Below are positions 54,361 to 64,000 of a stretch of 64,000 nucleotides of DNA, piece after piece. Source of the DNA: Nannocystis bainbridge (GTDB lineage Bacteria; Myxococcota_A; Polyangia; Nannocystales; Nannocystaceae); the NCBI RefSeq assembly GCF_028368995.1, contig NZ_JAQNDL010000001.1, positions 2,336,001-2,400,000 of the forward strand, written 5' to 3'. The notes under the pieces are model-generated. The model had not been told where the DNA came from. It saw only the letters and a list, made by a program, of their open reading frames with translations, and made no database searches. The position numbers and the translations under genes were made by a program. Positions within the stretch are counted from its first letter, which is position 1; each line of letters opens with the position of its first letter.

Positions 54361-56294
54361 GCCTTGTCCTGCCACGCGGCGCCCGGGTCGGCGTGGCGCG
54401 GCCGCGAGTCGAGGGCGTCGAGCTGGCAGTAGACCTGGTCGAGGGCGGCGACGATCGGCTCGCGCTCGCCGGGGCTGGCGGCCTCGAGCTTGCGCATCAG
54501 GGCCGCCTTGCGCTTCAGTAGCCGCTCGCGCAAGGAGGCGCGCGGGCGCAGAGCGAACGCGAGGCCGCAGGCGAACGCGACGAACAGACCGAAGCCGAGG
54601 CCGAGCCACTTGTAGGTGCGCGGGCGCGTGACGAGGCCGTCGATCACGAGGTCGTAGGCCTGGCCCTGCGGCATGGCGCCGATCTCGTAGACGTCGAGGT
54701 CGACGCGGCTCTCACCGTTCTCGTGCGGCGGCCGCACCGGGCCCTTCTTGGCGCCCTTGGTGAGCTTGAGGCCGTCGACCACGACGGTGCGGCCGTCGAC
54801 GATCGGGAACGGGGCGCTCCAGCGGATCTCGGCGGTGCCATCGTGCTCGAGCAGGTAGGCGGTCGAGAGGTCGATCAGCTCGCCCGGCGGCAGCGGCCCG
54901 CTGATGGTGGTGAACGGCGCGTCCGCGTCGTGGTCGAGCACCTGGTCGGCGCGGTCGCGCACGACCAGGCCGGTGGCCCCTTCGGCGCCGTTGAGCTTGT
55001 AGGGCTTGCCGGGCCAGTAGGCGGACTCGCCGTCGACGAACACCTGCAGCAGGTGGTCGACCCGCGCGAGGTCGTTCTCCATCGACTCGACGCCGAACTG
55101 CACCGCCGAGCGCACGCGCGTCAGGTCGGTGGTGACCGGGAAGACGCGCATCTCGACGGCGACGCCCATGCGCTCGTCGAGGGTGAAGAAGGCCGACTTC
55201 CACGGGGCCCCGGCGTACGAGGCCTCGACGTGGAACAGGCCCTCGCCGGTGAGCGGGATGTCGCCGATGCGGGCGACGCCGTCCTCGCCGGTGGCGTCCT
55301 CGAAGCGCTTGCTGAAGCCGGTCGTGTCCTGCTTGACGATCGCCACCGGGATGCCGTTGATCGGCCGATCGTCGGGGCCCACGACGGTGACGCGCACGCT
55401 GCCGGGCAAGATCGTCGGCACCGCGCGCGGGCCCATCATCTGCCGCTTCTGCGGGGCCTGCGGGCGCAGGACCGCCAGCACCAGGGCCATGCCGACGTCC
55501 TTGCCGGTCAGCGAGAACGGCTGGCTGCGCTCGGTGCCGGTCGGCAGGTCGGCCTCGGCCACCAGCGAGACGTCGGCCGCGAGGGCGTCGAGCTCGGGGA
55601 AGCGCGAGGTGCCGCGGGCGTCGCTGACGGCCTCGCGGGTCTCGGTCTTGCCGTCGGGCCCGGTCAGCAGGAGTCGAACCTTGACGCCCACGACCGGGGT
55701 GCCGCCGCGCAGGTCGAGGGTGCCGACCAGCAGCGTGCCCTTCGGCGTGCCCGGGTTGTCGAACGCGACGCCCGGCAGCGGCACGTCGGCCTGGCTCGGC
55801 GGCGGCGCGGCGGGGCCCGAGCCCGGGTCGGTCGCGGGGCCGGCGGCGGCGCCGGACGAACCTGCCCCTTTGACCAGGAGCACGCGGAAGCCCTGGGCCG
55901 GCGACACGGCGATCGGCTGCGAGGCCTGGCGCTCGCCGTCGAGGTCGGCGCGGGCGACCGCGGTGCCGCCGTGGAACGCGGAGAGATCGGTGAAGTTGGC
56001 GCGGCCGTCCTGGCCGGCCACGACGGTCCGCGTCTCGGTCTTGCTGCCGTCCTGCGACTTCAGCTCGAGCTCGACGGTGACGCCCACCGCGGGCTGGCTG
56101 AACGAGCCGAGCAGCGCGCGCACGGTGATCGTGCCCGGCTCGGTCTGCGGGTCGGCGCGCGGGATGCCGGACATCGCCCGCGGGTCGATCGGCGGCCCGC
56201 CGGCCGGCTGGGCCGAAGCATGTCCCGTAAGACATGTCCCAACGAACATGAACGAAAGGGCAGCCGCGCGCAGCGGCCGGCGTGACGCAGTCAT
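54357..56294 (-). CDS. secreted multi beta-sandwich protein with C-terminal TM anchor, in the ccm operon
   Basis: Signal peptide; three carboxypeptidase-regulatory-like repeats (GQDGRANF, DARGTSRF, GEDGVARI); C-terminal TM; ATGA coupling on both sides. Confidence 0.75.
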   Translation of the reverse strand: MTASRRPLRAAALSFMFVGTCLTGHASAQPAGGPPIDPRAMSGIPRADPQTEPGTITVRALLGSFSQPAVGVTVELELKSQDGSKTETRTVVAGQDGRANFTDLSAFHGGTAVARADLDGERQASQPIAVSPAQGFRVLLVKGAGSSGAAAGPATDPGSGPAAPPPSQADVPLPGVAFDNPGTPKGTLLVGTLDLRGGTPVVGVKVRLLLTGPDGKTETREAVSDARGTSRFPELDALAADVSLVAEADLPTGTERSQPFSLTGKDVGMALVLAVLRPQAPQKRQMMGPRAVPTILPGSVRVTVVGPDDRPINGIPVAIVKQDTTGFSKRFEDATGEDGVARIGDIPLTGEGLFHVEASYAGAPWKSAFFTLDERMGVAVEMRVFPVTTDLTRVRSAVQFGVESMENDLARVDHLLQVFVDGESAYWPGKPYKLNGAEGATGLVVRDRADQVLDHDADAPFTTISGPLPPGELIDLSTAYLLEHDGTAEIRWSAPFPIVDGRTVVVDGLKLTKGAKKGPVRPPHENGESRVDLDVYEIGAMPQGQAYDLVIDGLVTRPRTYKWLGLGFGLFVAFACGLAFALRPRASLRERLLKRKAALMRKLEAASPGEREPIVAALDQVYCQLDALDSRPRHADPGAAWQDKA

Positions 56295-57052
56295 GGGCCG
56301 ATCTCCCCCGAGCTCGCCGAGTTGCCGCGCTTCTCGCCGACGCTCACCTTGCTGCTGCGCGCGAGCGAGACGCCGCAGTGCTTGCAGAACTTGGCGTCGT
56401 TGTCGTTGTTGCCGACGCAGTTGGCGCAGATCCGCGAGGTGCGGTCGAGGTCCGGCGCCGAGATCTCGGTCATGTTGCGCACCGGCGCCGATGACTGCAG
56501 CGGCGGCGGCGTGGCGTCCTCGACCGGCGCGCGGGTCGGGGTCGCCGTCGTCGCGGCCTCCGGGCTGGCCTGGCGGTCGAGCTCGGACAGGACCTTCTGC
56601 AGCTCGGGGTGGAGGTCGCCGCCGCCGTCGAGGGCGCGCATGACCTCGATCGCGCGCACGCGGTAGGTGCCGATCACCGCCTCGAAGTCGGCGGTCGACA
56701 GCTTGCCCATGCCGTGGTCGAACTCGAGCTCCTTGATCGCGCGCAGCAGCCGGCGCTTCTCCTCGCGCAGCTCCGACTGGCTGAAGTGGCCGACGCCGCG
56801 GCCGACCTGGGCCAGCGAGTCGGGCCGGGCCAGCGCGCGCACCATCGCGAACATGCGGCCGAGCGCGTAGACCAGCATGGCGCCGGCGACCGCGAGGGCG
56901 ATCGTCGCCTCCTCGAGCGGGCCGGCGGCGCGGGCGGCGAACAGCACCAGCGCGAACGCGAGGAGCGCGAGGCCGGCGGTCCACAGGGCGGTGCGCGGGG
57001 GCTTCGGCGCAGCCGCGGCGCGAGCTTCCTTGCTCTGCGGCGCTTCGGTCAC
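56291..57052 (-). CDS. CcmI-like membrane protein with C-terminal zinc ribbon
   Basis: Two TM helices; LLRAIKELEFDHGMGKLSTADF; CANC...FCKHCG. Confidence 0.72.
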   Translation of the reverse strand: MTEAPQSKEARAAAAPKPPRTALWTAGLALLAFALVLFAARAAGPLEEATIALAVAGAMLVYALGRMFAMVRALARPDSLAQVGRGVGHFSQSELREEKRRLLRAIKELEFDHGMGKLSTADFEAVIGTYRVRAIEVMRALDGGGDLHPELQKVLSELDRQASPEAATTATPTRAPVEDATPPPLQSSAPVRNMTEISAPDLDRTSRICANCVGNNDNDAKFCKHCGVSLARSSKVSVGEKRGNSASSGEIGP

Positions 57053-57054
57053 GC

Positions 57055-59070
57055 TCAGGCGTCCTCTCCCGGCCCGTCGCTCTTGCGCGTGCCGACGCAG
57101 ATCAGCGAACCCGCGAGCATGACGGCGAAGCCGAACCAGATCCAGTTGACGAGCGGGTTGATGTAGAGGCTCATCTGCGTCCAGCCGGTGGTCATGTCGA
57201 CCTCCTGGATCGAGACGTACACGTCCTCGCCGAAGGTCATGTAGCGCGAGACCTCGGTGGTCGGCTGCTCGGGCAGCTGGAAGTACCACCAGCGGGCCGG
57301 CAGCAGGGTGGTCTTGTGGTCGCCGCCCTTGAGCACGGCGATGTGGGCCGTGATCATCTCTTTCTGCCAGTCCTCGGTCGCGCGCAGGCCGTCGTGGCGG
57401 ATCACGTACTCACCGAGCTCGGTGGTGTCGCCGGGGCGCAGCGTGGTCTTGCGCTCGATCTTGTAGGCGTTGCCGGCCCAGCCGAAGAACATCAGCACGA
57501 TGCCGAGGTGGACGATGTAGCCGCCGTAGCGCCGGCGCGCGCGCAGGACCAGGCCGATCATCGCGTCGAGGAGGCTCTGCGGGCGCTGGCGCCGGCGCAG
57601 GGCCACGCCGCGGTAGAACTCCTGGACGATGGTCCAGAAGGTGAAGGCGCACAGGCCGAAGCAGGCCAGGCCCCACGGCGAGCCGAGGCCGATCGCCAAC
57701 AGGGCGATCACCGTGACCACGCCGGCGATCAGCGGGCCCATGAACTGCTTGATGAGGTTGACCTGCGAGGTCTTGCGCCACGCCAGCAGCGGACCGACGC
57801 CGGTCAGCAGCAGCAGCGCCAGGCCGAGCGGGCGCATGTAGCGGTTGAAGAACGGGGCGCCGATGGTGACGCGCTCGCCCGGGTCCTGCCAGGCGAGCAG
57901 GTCGGGGTAGCGCTCGGCGAGGACCATCCGCCACTCGGTGAAGGTCGGCCACATGGTCGCGCCGAGCACGAACAGCGCGGCGACCAGGAACAGCCAGTTG
58001 TTGACCAGGAACGCGAACTCGCGCGACAGCACGCTCTCGAGCTCGCCGCGCGAGCGCAGCAGCGGCAGGCGCCAGATCACCAGGCCGAAGCTGAACAGCA
58101 CGATCACCAGCATGAAGGCGCCGAAGGTCCACGCCAGCACCGGGTCGGCGCCGAAGGCGTGCACGCTCTGGACCACGCCGCTGCGGGTCATGAACGTGCC
58201 GACGATCGTCAGCAGGAAGCTGACGACCACCAGCGACACGTTCCACACCTTCATCATGCCGCGGCGCTCCTGGATCATGATCGAGTGCAGGAACGCGGTG
58301 ACGGTGAACCACGGCAGCAGGCCCGCGTTCTCGACCGGGTCCCAGGCCCAGTAACCGCCCCACCCCAGCTCCTCGTAGGCCCACAGGCCGCCGAGGATGA
58401 GGCCGAAGGTCAGGAACATCCACGAGAACAGGGTCCAGCGGCGGACGCTGCGCTGCCACGCGGCGTCGACCTGGCCGGTGATCAGCGCCGCCATGCCGAA
58501 CGCGTACGGCACCGCCAGCGAGACGTAGCCGAGGTACAGGCTCGGCGGGTGCACGATCATGTAAAGGTTCTGCAGCAGCGGGTTCAGGCCCTTGCCCTGG
58601 GTCGGGATGTCCAGCATGTAGACGCCGAACGGGTCCTTGATGAACAGCAGCAGCCCGGCGAAGAACGCGGTGATGACCGAAAGGACAGCCGCGGCGTGCG
58701 GGATCAGCTCGCGGTGGCGGTTGCGGTTGGCGTGCAGCGCCAGCGAGGCGAACAGGGTGTGCAGCAGGACCCAGAACAGCATGCTGCCGTCGAGCCCGCC
58801 CCAGAACGACGTGATCTTGTAGAACAGCGGCATCGCGGCGTCGCTGGTCTTCTGCACGTACTGGATCGAGTAGTCGCCGGCGATGAACCCGTAGATGATG
58901 AGCGACGAGGCGAACGCCGCCAGGGCGAAGCTGGCGTACACGCCCTGCAGGCCGGCCTCGATCAGCCGCTCGGACCGACGCGCGGCGCCGAGGGCGGAGA
59001 AGCCGGTGCTGGCCAGGCTGAGCACGAAAAGCAGGAGGATCGAGGCTGTACCGAGGGTAGCGATGGACAT
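57055..59070 (-). CDS. ccmF: cytochrome c heme lyase
   Basis: WGGLDGSMLFW, GLNPLLQ...HPP.LYLGY, WAYEELGWGGYWAWDPVEN and RSGVVQSVHAF. Confidence 0.96.
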   Translation of the reverse strand: MSIATLGTASILLLFVLSLASTGFSALGAARRSERLIEAGLQGVYASFALAAFASSLIIYGFIAGDYSIQYVQKTSDAAMPLFYKITSFWGGLDGSMLFWVLLHTLFASLALHANRNRHRELIPHAAAVLSVITAFFAGLLLFIKDPFGVYMLDIPTQGKGLNPLLQNLYMIVHPPSLYLGYVSLAVPYAFGMAALITGQVDAAWQRSVRRWTLFSWMFLTFGLILGGLWAYEELGWGGYWAWDPVENAGLLPWFTVTAFLHSIMIQERRGMMKVWNVSLVVVSFLLTIVGTFMTRSGVVQSVHAFGADPVLAWTFGAFMLVIVLFSFGLVIWRLPLLRSRGELESVLSREFAFLVNNWLFLVAALFVLGATMWPTFTEWRMVLAERYPDLLAWQDPGERVTIGAPFFNRYMRPLGLALLLLTGVGPLLAWRKTSQVNLIKQFMGPLIAGVVTVIALLAIGLGSPWGLACFGLCAFTFWTIVQEFYRGVALRRRQRPQSLLDAMIGLVLRARRRYGGYIVHLGIVLMFFGWAGNAYKIERKTTLRPGDTTELGEYVIRHDGLRATEDWQKEMITAHIAVLKGGDHKTTLLPARWWYFQLPEQPTTEVSRYMTFGEDVYVSIQEVDMTTGWTQMSLYINPLVNWIWFGFAVMLAGSLICVGTRKSDGPGEDA

Positions 59071-59090
59071 GAGAGCTTCCTTGGGACAGG

Positions 59091-59510
59091 TCAGCGACCG
59101 TTCTTGCTGGGATCGGCGGAGGGCCGCTCCTCGTACTTCGAGGGGCACTTGGCGGCCATCTCCTCCGACTCGAAGCGGCCGCCCTGCAGCTCGCCGGTGA
59201 GGATGACCTCGCCGCCCTCGGCGAAGGTGTCGGGCACCATGCTGGTGAAGTGCACGGGCATGCGCCGACCCTCGCGCTCGATGTCGAAGGTGTAGTCGCC
59301 GGCCTCGCCCTTCTTCTGCTTGACGGTGCCGGGCACCACGGTGCCGTGGACCTTGATCATGCGGCCGCTGTACATGGCCGGGTTGTCGACGACCTTGTCG
59401 ACGAAGATGTAGTCGAGCACGCCCTCGCCACTGCTGGTGCTGACGAGGTAGAACACCGCGCCGCCGACGAAGAGACCGATGAAGACCTTGGACGAGACGG
59501 GCAGCGCCAT
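59091..59510 (-). CDS. ccmE: heme chaperone CcmE, CxxxY variant
   Basis: N-terminal TM, GTVVPGTV, PDTFAEG and AKCPSKYE. Confidence 0.92.
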   Translation of the reverse strand: MALPVSSKVFIGLFVGGAVFYLVSTSSGEGVLDYIFVDKVVDNPAMYSGRMIKVHGTVVPGTVKQKKGEAGDYTFDIEREGRRMPVHFTSMVPDTFAEGGEVILTGELQGGRFESEEMAAKCPSKYEERPSADPSKNGR

Positions 59511-59516
59511 GATGGA

Positions 59517-60581
59517 TTAGCCTCCGATGCTGATCATCGCCTTGTCCGGGCCTCCGTGGCCATCCAGGGCGAAAGTGTGACCCGCCTGCTTGAACCCGAG
59601 GACCGCGCGTACGCGCGCCGCGAGGGCGACCGGGCCGGCGGATCGCAGGACCGAGCGTAGATCGCCGGCGTCGTCGCGGGCGAGACAATTATGCAGCGAT
59701 CCTGCGGCAGACAGCCGCAGCCGATTGCAAGAGGCGCAGAAGTTCTCGGTCATGGGGGCGATGACGCCGACGCGGCGGCCTGCGTGAGGGCCGGAGGCGA
59801 CGCGCCAGTACGTCGCAGGGCCGAGGCCGCGCACGCCCTCGCCGCTGTCGCTCACGAGCGGCGCAGCGGCCGCGTCGGCGATGCGTTCGCGGATCTCCGC
59901 AGCCGGCATCAGCTCACCCGGGACATAGAGGCGGCCGGCAGACATCGGCATGACCTCGATGAAGCGCGGCACGTGGCCGCGCTGCCACGCCCACAGCGCG
60001 AGCTCGCCGAGCTCGCCGTCGTTGAAGCCGCGGATCGCCACGGTGTTGATCTTGATGTTCTCGAAGCCGACGTCGCCGGCAGCGTCGAGGCCGGCCAGCA
60101 CCTCCGACAGCACGCCCCGGCGGGTGATCGCGGCGAAGCGCGCGGGGTCGAGGCTGTCGAGGCTGACGGTGAGGCCGCGCAGGCCGGCGCGACGCAGCGG
60201 CCCGGCCAGCTCGGCGAGCCGGGCGCCGTTGGTGGTCAGGGCGACATCGATCGGGATCGCCGCCAGCGCCTCGACCAGCTCGACCAGGCCGCGGCGCACC
60301 ATCGGCTCACCGCCGGTGAGGCGCACGCGCTCGACGCCGAGGCCCGCGAACACCTGGACGATCGTGGCGACCTCCTCGAGCGTGAGCAGGTCGGCGCGCG
60401 CGAGCCGGTCGATGCCCTCCTCGGGCATGCAGTAGGTGCAGCGGTAGTTGCAGCGGTCGGTCAGCGAGACGCGCAAGTAGCGGATCCGCCGCGCCTGCGG
60501 GTCGACCAGAGTCCCCGGCAGGGAGGGCTCTCCGACCACCCCGGACGGCGGCCGCGCGGTGCGGAGTTGAACCAGGGTCAT
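59517..60581 (-). CDS. moaA: GTP 3',8-cyclase (molybdenum cofactor biosynthesis)
   Basis: YLRVSLTDRCNYRCTYCMP, LTGGEP, FCASCNRLRLS...C and terminal IGG. Confidence 0.95.
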   Translation of the reverse strand: MTLVQLRTARPPSGVVGEPSLPGTLVDPQARRIRYLRVSLTDRCNYRCTYCMPEEGIDRLARADLLTLEEVATIVQVFAGLGVERVRLTGGEPMVRRGLVELVEALAAIPIDVALTTNGARLAELAGPLRRAGLRGLTVSLDSLDPARFAAITRRGVLSEVLAGLDAAGDVGFENIKINTVAIRGFNDGELGELALWAWQRGHVPRFIEVMPMSAGRLYVPGELMPAAEIRERIADAAAAPLVSDSGEGVRGLGPATYWRVASGPHAGRRVGVIAPMTENFCASCNRLRLSAAGSLHNCLARDDAGDLRSVLRSAGPVALAARVRAVLGFKQAGHTFALDGHGGPDKAMISIGG

Positions 60582-60741
60582 GCGCCGACAACCTGCTGCG
60601 ACACCTTCATGTTACCACAGGTGCGGGCAGCGCCCGCCGGGGCCGAAAGCGGGCTCGGCCACGTGGCGGCCCCTGTAGCGGGCGGCCCGTGGCCGAGTTC
60701 GTCGGCCTCGCGCGCGGCGCGGGCCGAACTCGTGATCCGGC

Positions 60742-61290
60742 TCAGTGCGCTGCGGCCTTGTGCTCGGCCTTGGCCTCGGCCTTGTGCTCGCCGCCACCGT
60801 GACCAGCGCTGTGCTCGCCGCCACCATGACCGCCGCCGTGGGCTTCGATCTCGGCGAGGATCTTGGCGCGCCGCTCGGGCACGTTGTCGACGCCGACCGG
60901 GAGGCCCTTGCCCTCGTTCGTCTGCTCCTTCCAACGGACGAACGTCTCCTGCTCGTCGTTGAGGGCGTCACGGCTCTTGAGGTCGAACATCGTGAAGCCG
61001 AAGAAGATGCCGACGAAGATGATGGTGCCGAGGAAGACGAACAGGTGGAACTTGTCGTCGTACTTCAGGTGCATGAAGTAGGCGACCACCAGCGTCGCCT
61101 TCACGAAGGCGACGACCATCGCCACCGTGAGGCTGGCGGGGCCGAGGTCGGCGAACGAGACCGCGAAGGTCAGGCCGGTGAGGACGAACAGGGCGCCGAT
61201 GACGCCGTTGTACGTGCTCATCGGCGAGATGTGCTCGTGGACCTCGTGCGGGTGCTCGACCGGCTGACCGTTGAGAAAGACCTTTGCCAT
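60742..61290 (-). CDS. ctaF: cytochrome c oxidase subunit IV
   Basis: KATLVVAYFMHLKYD motif; His-rich tail. Confidence 0.88.
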   Translation of the reverse strand: MAKVFLNGQPVEHPHEVHEHISPMSTYNGVIGALFVLTGLTFAVSFADLGPASLTVAMVVAFVKATLVVAYFMHLKYDDKFHLFVFLGTIIFVGIFFGFTMFDLKSRDALNDEQETFVRWKEQTNEGKGLPVGVDNVPERRAKILAEIEAHGGGHGGGEHSAGHGGGEHKAEAKAEHKAAAH

Positions 61291-61312
61291 GACAATCAAC
61301 TCCGGGCGAGGG

Positions 61313-61999
61313 TCACTTGACCAGGTAGAGGAGCGGGAAGAGGAAGATCCAGACCAGGTCGACGAGGTGCCAGTAAAGGCCGGTGTTCTCGATCGCCACG
61401 TAGTTCTTGGCGCTGAACTCGCCGCGTCCGGCGCGGATGAACATCCACAACATGATGGCGAGGCCGATCACGACGTGCACGCCGTGGAGGCCGGTCATCA
61501 GGAAGTAGACGCCGAAGAAGATGTGCGGCAGGCCCTCGATCTCGTAGCCGTGGAGGTGCGCCGAGTAGAACTTGCCCGGCAGCATGCCGTGCTCGAACTT
61601 GGCGCTGTACTCGAAGTACTTGACCACCATGAAGATGCAGCCGCACAGCATGGTCAGCACGAGCATCAGGCGCAGCTTCTTGGCGTCGCCGAGCTGGATC
61701 GAGCGGACACCGAGGGCCATCGTGTACGACGAGGACAGCAGGACCACGGTGTTGATGCCGCCGGCCCACTTGCTGAGGTGCTCGTGCGCCTCGAGCACCA
61801 TCTCCGGGTAGAACATCCGGAGGATGAAGTAGGCGAGGAACAGGCCCGAGAACATCAGGATCTCGGTGGCCAGGAAGAGCCACATCCCGAGCTTCGCCGA
61901 GGCCGTCTGCTGGCCCATCGTGTCGAAGTGGTGGGCCAGGTGCGGGTTGTGCTCGTCGTCGTCGACGTGGGCGGGCGCGTGGGCGTGATCGTTGCTCAT
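61313..61999 (-). CDS. ctaE: cytochrome c oxidase subunit III
   Basis: [22 protein letters not shown] and [19 protein letters not shown]. Confidence 0.95.
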   Translation of the reverse strand: MSNDHAHAPAHVDDDEHNPHLAHHFDTMGQQTASAKLGMWLFLATEILMFSGLFLAYFILRMFYPEMVLEAHEHLSKWAGGINTVVLLSSSYTMALGVRSIQLGDAKKLRLMLVLTMLCGCIFMVVKYFEYSAKFEHGMLPGKFYSAHLHGYEIEGLPHIFFGVYFLMTGLHGVHVVIGLAIMLWMFIRAGRGEFSAKNYVAIENTGLYWHLVDLVWIFLFPLLYLVK

Positions 62000-62038
62000 G
62001 GCTTCGTACCCCGGTGAAAACTCAGCGTGGAGAGGCTC

Positions 62039-63682
<1,644 letters not shown>

Positions 63683-63714
63683 GGGAAACTCCGTGGAGTG
63701 CCGCGGGCGACGCG

Positions 63715-64000
63715 TTACTTCTGGGCCTTGATGTAGGCGATGAGCGCGGCGATCTGCTTGTCGTCGAAGCGCCCGGCGAAGCTGGGCATCTGCGGGCTGA
63801 AGCCGGACACGATCTTGGCGTTGGGCTCGAGGATCGACTCGCGGATGTAGTTCTCGTCGACGGTGATCGTGCTGCCGTCGGCCAGGGTCTCGGTCTTGCC
63901 GAACAGACCCTTGAAGCTCGGGCCGGTCTTGACCGTGCCGTCGGTGGTGTGGCAGCTCGCGCAGCCGCCACGGGTGACGACGCGGGCGCCGAAGTCCTCG
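63715..64000 (-). CDS. ctaC: C-terminal cytochrome c domain of caa3 oxidase subunit II (partial)
   Basis: Manual translation [11 protein letters not shown]...GPSFKGLFG...[20 protein letters not shown]...IAYIKAQK*, directly upstream of subunit I. Confidence 0.88.
   Translation of the reverse strand, partial: EDFGARVVTRGGCASCHTTDGTVKTGPSFKGLFGKTETLADGSTITVDENYIRESILEPNAKIVSGFSPQMPSFAGRFDDKQIAALIAYIKAQK

Overview
Very GC-rich myxobacterial-type chromosome segment; the many Thr/Ser-rich lipoproteins, Cys-rich repeats and the retron suggest a Nannocystis-like organism (inference). Ordinary content: an RND efflux operon (adaptor plus two AcrB-like subunits), HAD hydrolase, Ser/Thr kinase, tRNA-Pro(CGG), vWA and RCC1 lipoproteins, NCS1 permease, SurA, gpsA/plsB-like genes, a TonB-dependent receptor, murI, an acyl-CoA dehydrogenase, a ccm cluster with CxxxY-type CcmE, moaA and an A2-type caa3 oxidase operon. 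Highlights: (1) a complete retron locus at 33264-40057: WGR/helical-repeat protein, SWIM protein, an msr-msd ncRNA bounded by a perfect 18-bp inverted repeat with a ~114-nt hairpin, and a retron RT, followed by tightly linked NnrU and TPR genes. (2) A pervasive palindromic motif (CMTGTCC-N4-GGACAKG; core TGTC-N6-GACA, giving GACATGTC at tandem junctions) at about 20 loci. It forms exact 14-bp-period arrays after stop codons and also occurs inside genes, coinciding with rare codons or low-complexity in-frame segments. (3) A SIR2-like protein with a long disordered linker, a Fur-box-preceded three-gene operon, a non-coding ~47-bp minisatellite, a vWA/YfaP-like fusion and a 17-aa micro-ORF with a strong RBS. 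All calls were made by eye; no database searches were run.
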